Shown: positions 8,594 to 19,341 of the stretch, piece after piece
Numbering within the stretch: the first letter of the stretch is position 1
Layout: each line of letters starts with the position of its first letter
Origin: Shewanella sp.
GTDB lineage: Bacteria > Pseudomonadota > Gammaproteobacteria > Enterobacterales > Shewanellaceae
NCBI GenBank assembly: GCA_051652445.1
Contig: JBOFUF010000131.1
Location: forward strand, 1 to 33,437
Direction: 5' to 3'
DNA length: 33,437 bases
Made by a program: the position numbers and the translations under genes
The notes under the pieces: model-generated
What the model was told of the DNA's origin: nothing
Seen by the model: only the letters and a program-made list of their open reading frames with translations
Databases searched by the model: none

Positions 8594-9439
8594 GTGATTT
8601 TTAATAACGGGCGTTTACGCCATAAGCGGGTTCTTCCCGGTTTTACCATCAGCTTAGGCGTGTCCCTACTGTTTGTCAGCCTGATTTTATTATTGCCGAC
8701 CACAGGCCTAATCATGCAGACCAGTTCGATGAGCTGGTCCGAATACTGGGGCGTGATTACCGATCCCAGAGTGGTTGCCAGTTACCGAGTCACCATACTC
8801 TCGGCGCTCGCAGCATCATTATTTAACTGCCTTTTCGGATTATTACTCGCATGGGTACTTGTGCGTTATGAATTTCCCGGTAAACGCATTTTAGATGCCT
8901 TGGTAGATTTGCCCTTTGCCTTGCCAACCGCCGTTGCCGGTATCACCTTAGCCACCCTTTATGCGGAAAACGGCCAAATAGGTAGTCTATTAGCAGAATG
9001 GGGCATAAAAGTTGCCTACACACCCCTAGGCATAGTGGTCGCGATGATTTTCACCAGTATTCCCTTTGTGGTTCGTACGGTGCAACCCGTTCTCGAAGAG
9101 TTATCCCACGAGGAAGAAGAAGCGGGAATGACGCTTGGCGCCTCGGATAGTTCGGTATTCTGGCGGGTTATTTTACCCTCTCTTTGGCCAGCATTAATGA
9201 TTGGCACGGCACTGGCGTTTACCCGCAGTCTGGGTGAGTTTGGTGCAGTCATCTTTATCGCGGGCAATATGCCCTATATCAGTGAAATCACATCGTTAAT
9301 GATCTTTGTCCGCCTGCAGGAGTTTGATTTTGCCGGCGCCAGCGCCATTGCCTCAGTGGTGCTGATGAGCTCCTTACTGCTATTACTGCTGATAAACCTG
9401 TGGCAAGCACGTTATCTGCGCCGCATTCATGGACGATAA
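8594..9439 (+). CDS. cysT: Sulfate/thiosulfate ABC transporter permease CysT (CysU)
   Basis: VLPGF, DLPFALPTAVAG, PFVVRTVQPVL, EEAGMTLGA (EAA loop), RSLGEFGAVIFIAGN. Start is probably GTG 8594 rather than 8564. Confidence 0.93.
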   Translation: MIFNNGRLRHKRVLPGFTISLGVSLLFVSLILLLPTTGLIMQTSSMSWSEYWGVITDPRVVASYRVTILSALAASLFNCLFGLLLAWVLVRYEFPGKRILDALVDLPFALPTAVAGITLATLYAENGQIGSLLAEWGIKVAYTPLGIVVAMIFTSIPFVVRTVQPVLEELSHEEEEAGMTLGASDSSVFWRVILPSLWPALMIGTALAFTRSLGEFGAVIFIAGNMPYISEITSLMIFVRLQEFDFAGASAIASVVLMSSLLLLLLINLWQARYLRRIHGR

Positions 9440-9448
9440 GGAGCGAAT

Positions 9449-10315
9449 ATGAACTCATTTAAACCCTTAAGAGTCGGTGAAGCGCCCCTGATAAAATGGA
9501 GCCTGATTACCCTCGCCGTGTTCTTAGGTTTGTTATTGTTACTATTGCCGCTGGTGAGTATTTTTCAGCAAGCGTTTGTCGGAGGTTGGGCGCGTTATAT
9601 TGAGCACTTAACCCAGCCAGATTCGCTGCATGCGATTGGTTTAACGCTGATGGTGGCAGCGCTTACTGTCCCCATCAATTTAGTGTTCGGAATCATGCTG
9701 GCGTGGAGCGTCACTCGCTTTGAATACCCAGGTCGCAAGTTATTAATCACGCTCATTGATATCCCCTTTGCTGTCTCCCCTGTTGTCGCAGGTCTGCTCT
9801 ATTTGCTGCTCTATGGCAGCAGTGGCTGGCTGGGCGAATGGCTATATGAACACGATTTGCAGATCATGTTTGCTTGGCCAGGCATATTGTTAGTCACCAT
9901 TTTTGTCACTTGCCCCTTTGTGGCCAGAGAACTGATCCCCTTGATGCAACAACAGGGCGCATCGGAAGAAGAAGCCGCAGTGATCCTTGGCGCGTCATGG
10001 TGGCAACTCTTTCGCCGCGTGACCCTACCCAACATCAAATGGGCACTGATTTACGGTGTGATCCTCACCAATGCCAGAGCCGTGGGCGAATTTGGTGCCG
10101 TTGCTGTCGTGTCTGGCAATATTCGCGGAGAAACCAATACCTTACCTTTACACGTGCAATTATTGTATGAAGATTACCAGGCCGAAGCAGCCTTCGCGAG
10201 CGCGTCATTACTGGCGCTTATCGCCCTATTTACCCTAATGCTAAAAGCCGTAGTGGAATGGCGGCAACAACGCAGTTTAACCGCCAATGACAATAAAGAG
10301 CAGAGCCCGTTATGA
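9449..10315 (+). CDS. cysW: Sulfate/thiosulfate ABC transporter permease CysW
   Basis: [44 protein letters not shown]. Confidence 0.93.
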   Translation: MNSFKPLRVGEAPLIKWSLITLAVFLGLLLLLLPLVSIFQQAFVGGWARYIEHLTQPDSLHAIGLTLMVAALTVPINLVFGIMLAWSVTRFEYPGRKLLITLIDIPFAVSPVVAGLLYLLLYGSSGWLGEWLYEHDLQIMFAWPGILLVTIFVTCPFVARELIPLMQQQGASEEEAAVILGASWWQLFRRVTLPNIKWALIYGVILTNARAVGEFGAVAVVSGNIRGETNTLPLHVQLLYEDYQAEAAFASASLLALIALFTLMLKAVVEWRQQRSLTANDNKEQSPL

Positions 10316-11442
10316 GTATTCGTCTTACTAATATTTCCAAGAAATTTGGCCAATTTCAGGCACTGTCCCCTCTTAATTTGGATATTCAAGAAGGGGAAAT
10401 GATTGGTCTACTGGGGCCATCAGGTTCAGGTAAAACCACACTGCTGCGCATTATTGCCGGTCTTGAAGGGGCCGATAGCGGCCAAATTCAATTCGGTGAT
10501 AGAGATGTCACCCAGGTGCATGTGCGTGAAAGACGCGTGGGTTTTGTGTTTCAAAACTATGCGCTGTTTCGCCATATGACAGTCGCTGATAACGTCGCGT
10601 TTGGACTCGAAGTCATGCCGAAAAAACAAAGGCCTTCGGCGGCAGAAATTCATAAGCGAGTCACACAACTGTTAGAAACAGTACAACTAGGCCATCTCGC
10701 GCAGCGCTATCCTGAACAACTCTCGGGAGGACAAAAACAGCGAATAGCGCTGGCCCGCGCACTTGCAACCCAGCCAGAAGTCTTGCTACTGGATGAACCC
10801 TTTGGCGCCTTGGATGCTAAAGTGCGCAAAGAACTGCGCCGCTGGCTACGTAGCCTGCATGAGGAATTGAAATTCACCAGCGTGTTTGTGACCCACGATC
10901 AGGATGAGGCGCTTGAGCTCTCAGATAGAGTGGTAGTGATGAGCAATGGTCATATAGAACAAATTAATACCCCTGCTGAGCTATACTCGCACCCCAATAG
11001 TCGCTTTGTGTTTGATTTTCTAGGTAACGTCAATGTCTTTGAAGCCAGTTGGCAACAACAACGCTGGCAAAACGGTCAAGCATTTTTAACACCGCCAGAT
11101 AAGCAAATATTGCAACAAGAGGGTGTGCTCTATGTACGCAGTCACGAATTAGCGCTGTCAAATAAGCCCAATAGTCAGGCCAATTTGCCGTTCAATATTG
11201 TCGCCATGACCCCCATTGGCGCCGAAGTCAGACTGGAATTAGCCCCACACGGCTGGCATAGCGAAGCGCTGTGGGAAGCCAAGTTCACCCACCATAATCT
11301 GCAGGAACTCGGGCTGCAAAAAGGCAGTGTGGTTTACGCCACCCCAAGAACAGCTTACTTCTTTGGTGCGCAGGGTGAGAGTGCACCGACGCGTCTAAGT
11401 TGGCCATTCCTGACGCCGGGCAGCCTCGCCTTTGATATCTAA
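10312..11442 (+). CDS. cysA: Sulfate/thiosulfate ABC transporter ATP-binding protein
   Basis: Walker [37 protein letters not shown]; ATGA overlap with cysW. Confidence 0.95.
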   Translation: MSIRLTNISKKFGQFQALSPLNLDIQEGEMIGLLGPSGSGKTTLLRIIAGLEGADSGQIQFGDRDVTQVHVRERRVGFVFQNYALFRHMTVADNVAFGLEVMPKKQRPSAAEIHKRVTQLLETVQLGHLAQRYPEQLSGGQKQRIALARALATQPEVLLLDEPFGALDAKVRKELRRWLRSLHEELKFTSVFVTHDQDEALELSDRVVVMSNGHIEQINTPAELYSHPNSRFVFDFLGNVNVFEASWQQQRWQNGQAFLTPPDKQILQQEGVLYVRSHELALSNKPNSQANLPFNIVAMTPIGAEVRLELAPHGWHSEALWEAKFTHHNLQELGLQKGSVVYATPRTAYFFGAQGESAPTRLSWPFLTPGSLAFDI

Positions 11443-11462
11443 GCCTTGATAATCCTATTCAC

Positions 11463-11513
11463 CCGATAACAGCGTTGGTCGATACCGTGTTTTGATACGA
11501 CCAACGCTATCGG
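11463..11513. repeat. Long inverted repeat after cysA
   Basis: CCGAT-AAC-AGCGTTGGTCG...CGACCAACGCT-ATCGG: 11-bp perfect core plus a 5-bp extension; no U tract. Confidence 0.6.
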
Positions 11514-11530
11514 CATAGTTAGTCGATTAA

Positions 11531-12853
<1,323 letters not shown>

Positions 12854-12899
12854 GCGAGTTTAGCCGTTTAAGGTTGGCTTTAAGCACAAGCGACACAGC

Positions 12900-12934
12900 A
12901 AAGGGAAATGCGCTTTAATGCCATTTCCCTTTTT
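12900..12934 (+). terminator. Intrinsic terminator after purT
   Basis: AAAGGGAAATG...CATTTCCCTTT stem ending in a T run. Confidence 0.7.
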
Positions 12935-13069
12935 CAACACCGAGCTGCACTTGTAATGGTCTAATAAAAAGAGACGGCCCAAAATCGACAGTCCCAAACC
13001 AACAGAGTAAACTAGCGCCCTTTCTTGCTAGCCCTCGACTTGCATTTACGTAAATCCTAAGTTGTGGCT

Positions 13070-13121
13070 TAACCCTGATAAATAACCGTGATAGTTAACC
13101 CCGATAACTAACCCTGATAAG
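13070..13121. repeat. Four tandem degenerate 13-bp direct repeats
   Basis: TAACCCTGATAAA / TAACCGTGATAGT / TAACCCCGATAAC / TAACCCTGATAAG, head to tail. Confidence 0.9.
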
Positions 13122-13144
13122 TAAAACCAACAGCAGATCCCAAT

Positions 13145-14869
13145 ATGCATCTTCAGCCTTCTTGCTTTACCTCTTTCACACAAGCCATTGATGCCTATGC
13201 CCTGCCGCAGCGTTTTACCTTTCCTTTTTATTACGAACCGCATCCATTGTGCGTGGTAGCCGCCAACGAGTTACAACGCCACCTAGAGACTCAAAACGAT
13301 TGGCAACATAACTTTGGCCTAACGGGCGAGTTAACCGGCGCCATTGGCAAGATGTTTGGTGTACTTTTAGTGCAAAACCCGCAGGGTGAAGTGGGCTATT
13401 TGTCGGCCTTTTCGGGCAAGTTAGCTGAGCAAAACCATTGGCCACACTTTGTTCCACCTGTGTTTGATATGCTGGCTAAGGACAATTTTTTCCACGCCGA
13501 AAACCGGCAAATCAATCAAATTAACAAGCAGCTATTTGCAGTAGAAAATCACCCCGATATTCCAAGGCTATCGAGTGAACTCAACGCTGAGCAAACTCAA
13601 GCGCAAGCCAAGCTTAGCGAACACAGGCAAGTGATGATCGACGGCCGGCAATGGCGCAAGGCGCAGCGCAATCAACTCGCAGTGCAATGGGCTGCCAATC
13701 CGACTGATGAAACTTTACGTGAAAATGCCATCATCGAAGCTAAACTCAACCAAGAAAGCATTAACGAAAAGAATCAGTTAAGAGATATTAAACGCTACTG
13801 GGACGAACGGATTAGTGACGTTAGCCACGCATTAACTCTGCTCACAGATAAACGCGACGCGTTAAGACAAGAGCGTAAGCAGCTCTCGGCGGCGCTGCAG
13901 CAAAAGCTGTTTGAGCAGTATCGTTTTTTGAATATTCAAGGCGTAGAAAAGAGCCTTAACGGCATATTTAACGGGACGGTTGAGTTAACACCGCCCGCAG
14001 GCTCCGGTGAATGTGCTGCGCCCAAATTATTACATTACGCCTTTAAACACGGCCTTAAACCCTTGGCGATGGCCGAATTTTGGTGGGGTGCGCCGCCAAA
14101 ATCGGAAATTCGCCAACACAAACAGTTTTATCCGGCTTGTCTGCGTAAATGCCAACCTATCTTGGGGCATATGCTCGAAGGGCTTGTTGTCGATGATAAT
14201 CCGCTACTGACGAACCCCGCCGAAGGCAAAACCTTAAGCATCCTCTACCAAGACGAGGCGATGGCGATTGTGAACAAACCCGCCGAGTTTTTATCGGTGC
14301 CCGGCAAAGAGATTGAAGACTCAGTGTATTCGCGCATGCGGCAAACGTTTCCCAATGCCACAGGGCCGCTTATCGTCCACAGGCTCGATATGTCGACTTC
14401 AGGATTAATGGTAATCGGACTAACAAAAGACGCCCATAAACAGCTGCAAAAACAGTTTATCCTGCGCACAGTAACTAAGCGTTATGTGGCACTTTTAGCA
14501 GGAATTCCGACAGCAATGACAGATAAACAGGCGACGGGATACATCTCTTTACCGCTGCGTGGCGATTTAGACGATAGACCGAGGCAACTGGTTTGCCACG
14601 AGTTTGGTAAAGCGGCCCAAACCCATTGGGAATTGAGCCATATCGATGAAATGGCACGTACAGCCCGCGTATATCTTTACCCAAAAACGGGCCGAACCCA
14701 CCAGCTCAGAGTACACTGCGCCCACTCCGAAGGACTAAATACGCCCATTGTGGGTGACGATCTCTATGGTACTCGCGCAAATCGCCTGCATCTGCATGCG
14801 GACTTGTTGATGCTTCAACATCCCGTCACCCGTGAACAGATGCGTTTTCAAGTCGATCCAGAGTTTTGA
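13145..14869 (+). CDS. Long-form RluA-family pseudouridine synthase with a large N-terminal extension
   Basis: C-terminal ~210 aa carry VNKPAEFLSVPG, VHRLDMSTSGL (catalytic Asp415), TGRTHQLRVH, GDDLYG and LHLHA. The N-terminal ~350 aa include a long coiled coil and Cys motifs. Confidence 0.92.
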   Translation: MHLQPSCFTSFTQAIDAYALPQRFTFPFYYEPHPLCVVAANELQRHLETQNDWQHNFGLTGELTGAIGKMFGVLLVQNPQGEVGYLSAFSGKLAEQNHWPHFVPPVFDMLAKDNFFHAENRQINQINKQLFAVENHPDIPRLSSELNAEQTQAQAKLSEHRQVMIDGRQWRKAQRNQLAVQWAANPTDETLRENAIIEAKLNQESINEKNQLRDIKRYWDERISDVSHALTLLTDKRDALRQERKQLSAALQQKLFEQYRFLNIQGVEKSLNGIFNGTVELTPPAGSGECAAPKLLHYAFKHGLKPLAMAEFWWGAPPKSEIRQHKQFYPACLRKCQPILGHMLEGLVVDDNPLLTNPAEGKTLSILYQDEAMAIVNKPAEFLSVPGKEIEDSVYSRMRQTFPNATGPLIVHRLDMSTSGLMVIGLTKDAHKQLQKQFILRTVTKRYVALLAGIPTAMTDKQATGYISLPLRGDLDDRPRQLVCHEFGKAAQTHWELSHIDEMARTARVYLYPKTGRTHQLRVHCAHSEGLNTPIVGDDLYGTRANRLHLHADLLMLQHPVTREQMRFQVDPEF

Positions 14870-14927
14870 TTTTTACCTTACAAGAAAACCAAGCTTAAGC
14901 TGTGAGATCAGATGGTTGACCGCGATG

Positions 14928-15034
14928 TATATACCCAAGCTACCTGAAGAGTCGAGTTTCAGAGCGCCTAGGGTGCTTCAATTCAAGGCGCAGCAATGAC
15001 AGAATGTCGGCCACCTTTTGAATTGATGCAACAC
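14928..15034. repeat. ERIC-like/MITE-like intergenic repeat, right end missing
   Basis: Begins TATATACCCAAGCTACCTGAAGA, like the TATACCC end of ERIC elements; internal inverted repeat TCAATTCAA/TTGAATTGA; the first 23 nt match 27673-27695 at 21 positions. Confidence 0.65.
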
Positions 15035-15207
15035 ATGCCAGTCATACAGCAGAAGTCACCTCAGCAACCGTAATGCCTCGGGCTCCACTCGCGCAGGAAG
15101 TCTATATTTGGCAACGCCAATGGCGCCCCGCCATCCAAAAGGCCTTAGTGCAAAGCCAAGATGCATTTCAAGGATGACGCATTTTAGCATTGCAGGCAGG
15201 AAAGTAG
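15034..15207 (+). pseudogene. Remnant of a DUF3142-like gene
   Basis: Reads MPRAPLAQEVYIWQRQWRPAIQKALVQSQDAFQG*RILALQAGK* with TGA at 15175-15177 and TAG at 15205-15207. YxWQRQW and RxLALQA match my recollection of DUF3142-associated proteins. More degraded coding-like sequence may extend to about 15400. Confidence 0.55.
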
Positions 15208-15632
15208 ACCGCTGCAACTTAGCAGCAAAAAGGCAGACAAGGTATGCTTCAAATGAAAAATGATAGGCCAAATAGTGCTATTTAACTGAAAAATGGTAAT
15301 TTTTAGCAAAAGTCACCCAAGCCATTGTTTGGTTAGCGGTGCAGAAAGGGAAAGTCGATGAACAAGCTTGAAGTCAACCTGCTTTGAGGTGCTGGTAGCA
15401 AGACGCAAAGTGCCGTCGTCGCTTCTCTACGTGCTCACTGTAATCGGTAAGTTATGCAAGCTTCCCACAGGGTAATGAAACCAAAGCGGATTTTAGCCAC
15501 TGCAAGTTTAGTTGGATCGCAAGAATAAATATCGGTTTATCGACCGCTTTGCTAAACTCACTCCGCCGCAATCAATATCGTCCCAGTTCAAATAGATAAC
15601 ATAACATCACTTCAGCCCGCGGCGGAGTCATA

Positions 15633-16268
15633 ATGAATTCTCAAACCTATAACCAAGCTGTGCTCGAACTCGCCCTTGCGGGTCTTGCCGATTTAACCGC
15701 TTCAGCACAGACCAAGAAAGCCCAGCGCACCTCCGCGCAGGAAAGTCATTTTTTGTGTAATTGGATGGTCGAGTCCTTAAAAGAAAAACGCTTTTCTAAA
15801 CTGGTAGCCGATGATCTCACGGCTTGGATACGTTTGGCTCGCAGCCAAGGTGCGGGCGCCGAACTCAAGCGTTTACTCGAAAGGATAGTGCATCAATATC
15901 AATCAATTGAGACATCAGAACCCGCGTTAGGCACGGCATTGAATGCCATGATTGAGACCTTAAAACAAGCCGATTGGTTAGTCTTTACTGACACAGAAAT
16001 CAGCACTAAGCTCAAACTCGATGGTGAGGGACAATCTAGCTTAGTGATTGATGCAAAAGAATTTAATCTGCATATTAAAGACAATCAGCTGATCAAGCCA
16101 ATCAACTTATATGTCCGCGCCGATGAACAAGCACTCACGCGTATCGCACTGTCCCATGGGTTATTGCTCAGCCAAGGCAATAAGAAAACCAGCTTGATTA
16201 AGCACCATAAAACCTATCAAATTTTCCCCCATAATCAACAGTCCGCTTTGTGTCAGCTATTGGCTTAA
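15633..16268 (+). CDS. DUF2913-like protein of unknown function
   Basis: GGAG RBS; 211 aa; HFLCNWM...KEKRFSKLVADDL...RSQGAGAELK pattern recalled for this family. Confidence 0.7.
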   Translation: MNSQTYNQAVLELALAGLADLTASAQTKKAQRTSAQESHFLCNWMVESLKEKRFSKLVADDLTAWIRLARSQGAGAELKRLLERIVHQYQSIETSEPALGTALNAMIETLKQADWLVFTDTEISTKLKLDGEGQSSLVIDAKEFNLHIKDNQLIKPINLYVRADEQALTRIALSHGLLLSQGNKKTSLIKHHKTYQIFPHNQQSALCQLLA

Positions 16269-16332
16269 GGTGTAATAGCAAAAGTAGAAAAACAGGTGGC
16301 TAATATGCCTAACGTCATTTAACACACTCAAA

Positions 16333-16364
16333 AAAAACGCTCACTATAATGTGAGCAGTTTTAT
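16333..16364. terminator. Probable terminator after the DUF2913 gene
   Basis: A run, GCTCAC-TATAAT-GTGAGC hairpin, then AGTTTT. Confidence 0.5.
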
Positions 16365-16713
16365 TTCATTATTCCGCTGGTGATGAACCTAAAAGAACGA
16401 CAACACATCATCATTAATTGCCTTGGCGATGTTTACCGGCGAATTTATTCTTAAAATAGGTGCGGAAGATCGGTTGTAGTCATCAATGCCCCCCCCGCTC
16501 CTAAGCCACGTTAAACTTCACATCCTTAACCGTTGGCATCATACTGACGACTTTAATTATCTGACTTAACTCAGCATGAATGTGCCCTAGGTGCGCTTTC
16601 TTGGCAGGTTTTAACGTGTCTGAAGCATTTGGGTTACTGTTGGCCCACAGGTATTATCATCTTGTTATTGTTATTTATTCGCGCAGGATTTGATGCGCCA
16701 GAAGGGAAATTAC

Positions 16714-18219
16714 ATGGACTCACCCAAAAGCAAAGTACCAACGCCAAGTTACGATAAACTGACAGCACATTTTCAAAAAATTTCTCACTTTGAACATTTC
16801 AGCGCTCTGGGTGACTGGGATCAAGCCGCCATGATGCCTATGGGCGGCGGTCAAGCTCGCGGCGATGCCATGGCAGAACTGGCGCTGCATATCCACACAC
16901 TCAAAACCTCAACCGCCTTAGCCGAACACCTACACGGCGCGATGGACGAATCGCTCACAACAGCACAACAAGCCAACCTGCGGGAAATACAGTACCAATA
17001 TCAACAGGCCAATTTAGTGCCCGGCGGCCTCGTGCAAGCGAAAACTAAAATGGCCTATCAATGTGAGAATGCGTGGCGTGAACAACGTAAAAATAATGAC
17101 TGGCAAGGCTTTAAACCAAACCTTAACGCCGTCATTACTCTTGCTAAAGAAGAAGCGCAGATCCGCGCTGAAGCCCAGAATATTTCCCCGTATGATGCCC
17201 TACTCAATAAATTTGAGCCGGGAATGACCACTGCAAAGTTGGAACAAACCTTTGGCGGCCTTAAAGATGGGCTCCCAACACTCATCCAAGAAGTACTGGC
17301 TAAGCAGGCAAACGAGCCTAAGTTAACGCTAAATGGTCCCTTCGATGTTAGCGCGCAGCAGGCCCTTGGCCGAGACGTAATGGATTTACTGGGGTTTGAC
17401 TTTCATCACGGTAGGCTGGATATCAGCAGCCATCCGTTCTGTGGCGGCGTGCCAAGCGATGTGCGAATAACAACTCGCTACAATGAAGCCGATTTCGGTA
17501 GCGCTATCATGGGGATCATTCATGAAACAGGCCATGCCAGATATGAGCAAGGTTTACCCCAAGCATGGCGCGGACAACCCGCAGGGCTGGCGCGTTCTAT
17601 GGGTATCCACGAAAGCCAAAGTCTCTTTTGCGAAATGCAGCTCGGCGCCAATCCAGCATTTTTACGCCAATTGCAGCCTAAAATTGCCCAACACCTTAAT
17701 TGTCATGTTAGCGCCCAAGAATTAGCACAACATTACACCCGCGTAGCGCCCGGACTTATCCGCGTTGACGCCGACGAAGTCACCTATCCTTGTCATATTT
17801 TACTGCGCTTTGAGGCAGAAAAAGCCTTTATAGACGGTAGCTTAACCGTAGATGACTTACCTGACTTTTGGTCGGCGCAGATGCAACAACTGCTGGGGAT
17901 TAATACCGATGGCAACTACCGTGACGGCTGCATGCAAGATATCCACTGGGCTGTCGGTGAATTAGGATATTTCCCAAGTTACACGTTGGGCGCCATGTAT
18001 GCCGCCCAATGCCGTTTTGCCATGGAAAAGGCCATAGGGCCGATGGAAGCCTTAATCGATGCAGGCCAGCTTAATGCGATATTCCAATGGCTTAACGAGC
18101 ACATTTGGTCCAAAGGTTGCTTGCTTACAACCGACGAACTGATACGCCAAGCAACGGGCGAAACCTTGAATGGTCAATATCTTGAACGTCACCTGCGCCA
18201 CCGATATTTAGGCGTTTAA
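16714..18219 (+). CDS. Metallocarboxypeptidase, family M32 (Taq-type)
   Basis: HPF, DVRITTRY, HETGHARYEQ (HExxH), HESQS, IRVDADE, GCMQDIHW, GYFPSYTLG. Start ATG 16714 after AAGGGA. Confidence 0.95.
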   Translation: MDSPKSKVPTPSYDKLTAHFQKISHFEHFSALGDWDQAAMMPMGGGQARGDAMAELALHIHTLKTSTALAEHLHGAMDESLTTAQQANLREIQYQYQQANLVPGGLVQAKTKMAYQCENAWREQRKNNDWQGFKPNLNAVITLAKEEAQIRAEAQNISPYDALLNKFEPGMTTAKLEQTFGGLKDGLPTLIQEVLAKQANEPKLTLNGPFDVSAQQALGRDVMDLLGFDFHHGRLDISSHPFCGGVPSDVRITTRYNEADFGSAIMGIIHETGHARYEQGLPQAWRGQPAGLARSMGIHESQSLFCEMQLGANPAFLRQLQPKIAQHLNCHVSAQELAQHYTRVAPGLIRVDADEVTYPCHILLRFEAEKAFIDGSLTVDDLPDFWSAQMQQLLGINTDGNYRDGCMQDIHWAVGELGYFPSYTLGAMYAAQCRFAMEKAIGPMEALIDAGQLNAIFQWLNEHIWSKGCLLTTDELIRQATGETLNGQYLERHLRHRYLGV

Positions 18220-18238
18220 CCGCTGCTGACACCTAAAA

Positions 18239-18273
18239 GCGCTGAAATATCAATTTGAGCATTTTTTCAGCGC
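18239..18273. terminator. Hairpin after the M32 gene
   Basis: GCGCTGAAA...TTTCAGCGC inverted repeat about 20 bp after the stop codon. Confidence 0.45.
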
Positions 18274-18362
18274 GTTATATTACCACTGGAGCCTGCATTT
18301 CTAAGCCGTTTAAGGTTATAATGCCAAGCTTATTTTAATCAGGGTAGTTTAAAACAGGATAA

Positions 18363-18869
18363 ATGTCGGCCATGTTACTGCGAGCCATCACCCCACAGGA
18401 TTGGGATGCTATTTTAACTATCCAAGATGAGTGTTACTCACAACTGGATCCTGAGCCGCTGCATGTATTGCAGAGCAAATGGCAAGTATCACCTGAGTCC
18501 TGTTTTGTGTTCGAAGTGAATGAATTAGTTGTCGGCTATTGCTTGGCCCACCCATGGATCACCAATAAGCCGCCCGAACTCAATCAGCCCATCACCCATT
18601 TACCCAAAGCGGATACCTTATGCCTGCACGATATTGCCATTTCGACTAAAGCCCAAGGCTTGGGTGCCGGCGCCAAGGCGCTTGCCCACTTAACACTACT
18701 GGCTGCTCGCGATAACCTTAATTCATTATCCCTGGTTGCAGTACAAGGTGCCGACCGTTATTGGCTAAAGATGGGCTTTATACCTCAGGTCATAAACAAG
18801 TGCCTTGACAGCTATACAGATGATGCCATGTATATGATTTATAAAATCAATAATATTTTTGAAAAATAA
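18363..18869 (+). CDS. GNAT-family N-acetyltransferase
   Basis: LHDIAIS-TKAQGLGAG (acetyl-CoA motif A) and YWLKMGF (motif B). Confidence 0.9.
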   Translation: MSAMLLRAITPQDWDAILTIQDECYSQLDPEPLHVLQSKWQVSPESCFVFEVNELVVGYCLAHPWITNKPPELNQPITHLPKADTLCLHDIAISTKAQGLGAGAKALAHLTLLAARDNLNSLSLVAVQGADRYWLKMGFIPQVINKCLDSYTDDAMYMIYKINNIFEK

Positions 18870-19030
18870 ATCCAACGCTGACCACTATCGGTTTACTCTG
18901 CCTATTTCTATATGAAATAACCATTGAAGCTCGATTATCTGTGGCCAGGATTGTGCATGTTAGGTGTTGTGTATTTTATTTTTAGAAGTGAATTTAATTA
19001 ATTTCAGACTTATTTCAGGAGAGCTCCCCC

Positions 19031-19288
19031 ATGGCCCGTCAAGTGACTTATACCTTCAAAGGTAAGACTAAAACTATCGCCTTTAGCTACGACAAACACC
19101 ATGATTTATATGAAGCTGTGGCCGAAGCCGAAGGAATCGATCTCACTCAATTTCTTGCCATGGAGCAACAAGTCGCCATGACATCGCGTAAAGGTGCAAA
19201 GGCTGAAAAAGAATTTAGGAAGGTAGAGTTTGCTCGCTTTGGTTTTAGCAATATCCACTTTGTTAGAGATGAAGAACCTGAAGCCTAG
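19031..19288 (+). CDS. DUF2960-like small protein
   Basis: AGGAG RBS; MARQVTYTFKG...YEAVAEAEGIDLTQFL.ME pattern recalled for this family. Confidence 0.7.
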   Translation: MARQVTYTFKGKTKTIAFSYDKHHDLYEAVAEAEGIDLTQFLAMEQQVAMTSRKGAKAEKEFRKVEFARFGFSNIHFVRDEEPEA

Positions 19289-19341
19289 GCTAAAGTCTTA
19301 ATTGTTTTTTATATTCGCTTTAAGCACTTAAATAACAGGAT

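Noticed and set aside
13046-13243. 65-aa minus-strand ORF with repeated YLSGL
   Set aside because: The peptide repeat comes from the 13-bp DNA repeat (three units = 39 bp), and the ORF overlaps the RluA start.
15056-15271. 71-aa minus-strand ORF in the track
   Set aside because: It is the antisense shadow of the plus-strand DUF3142-like remnant and has no protein-like features.
16370-16660. Possible gene remnant on the minus strand (HAELSQIIKVVSMMPTVKDVKFNVA) and a C8 homopolymer at 16489-16496
   Set aside because: No recognisable family or credible start, and the C run is not in a gene or evident promoter. BLASTX would be needed to support it.
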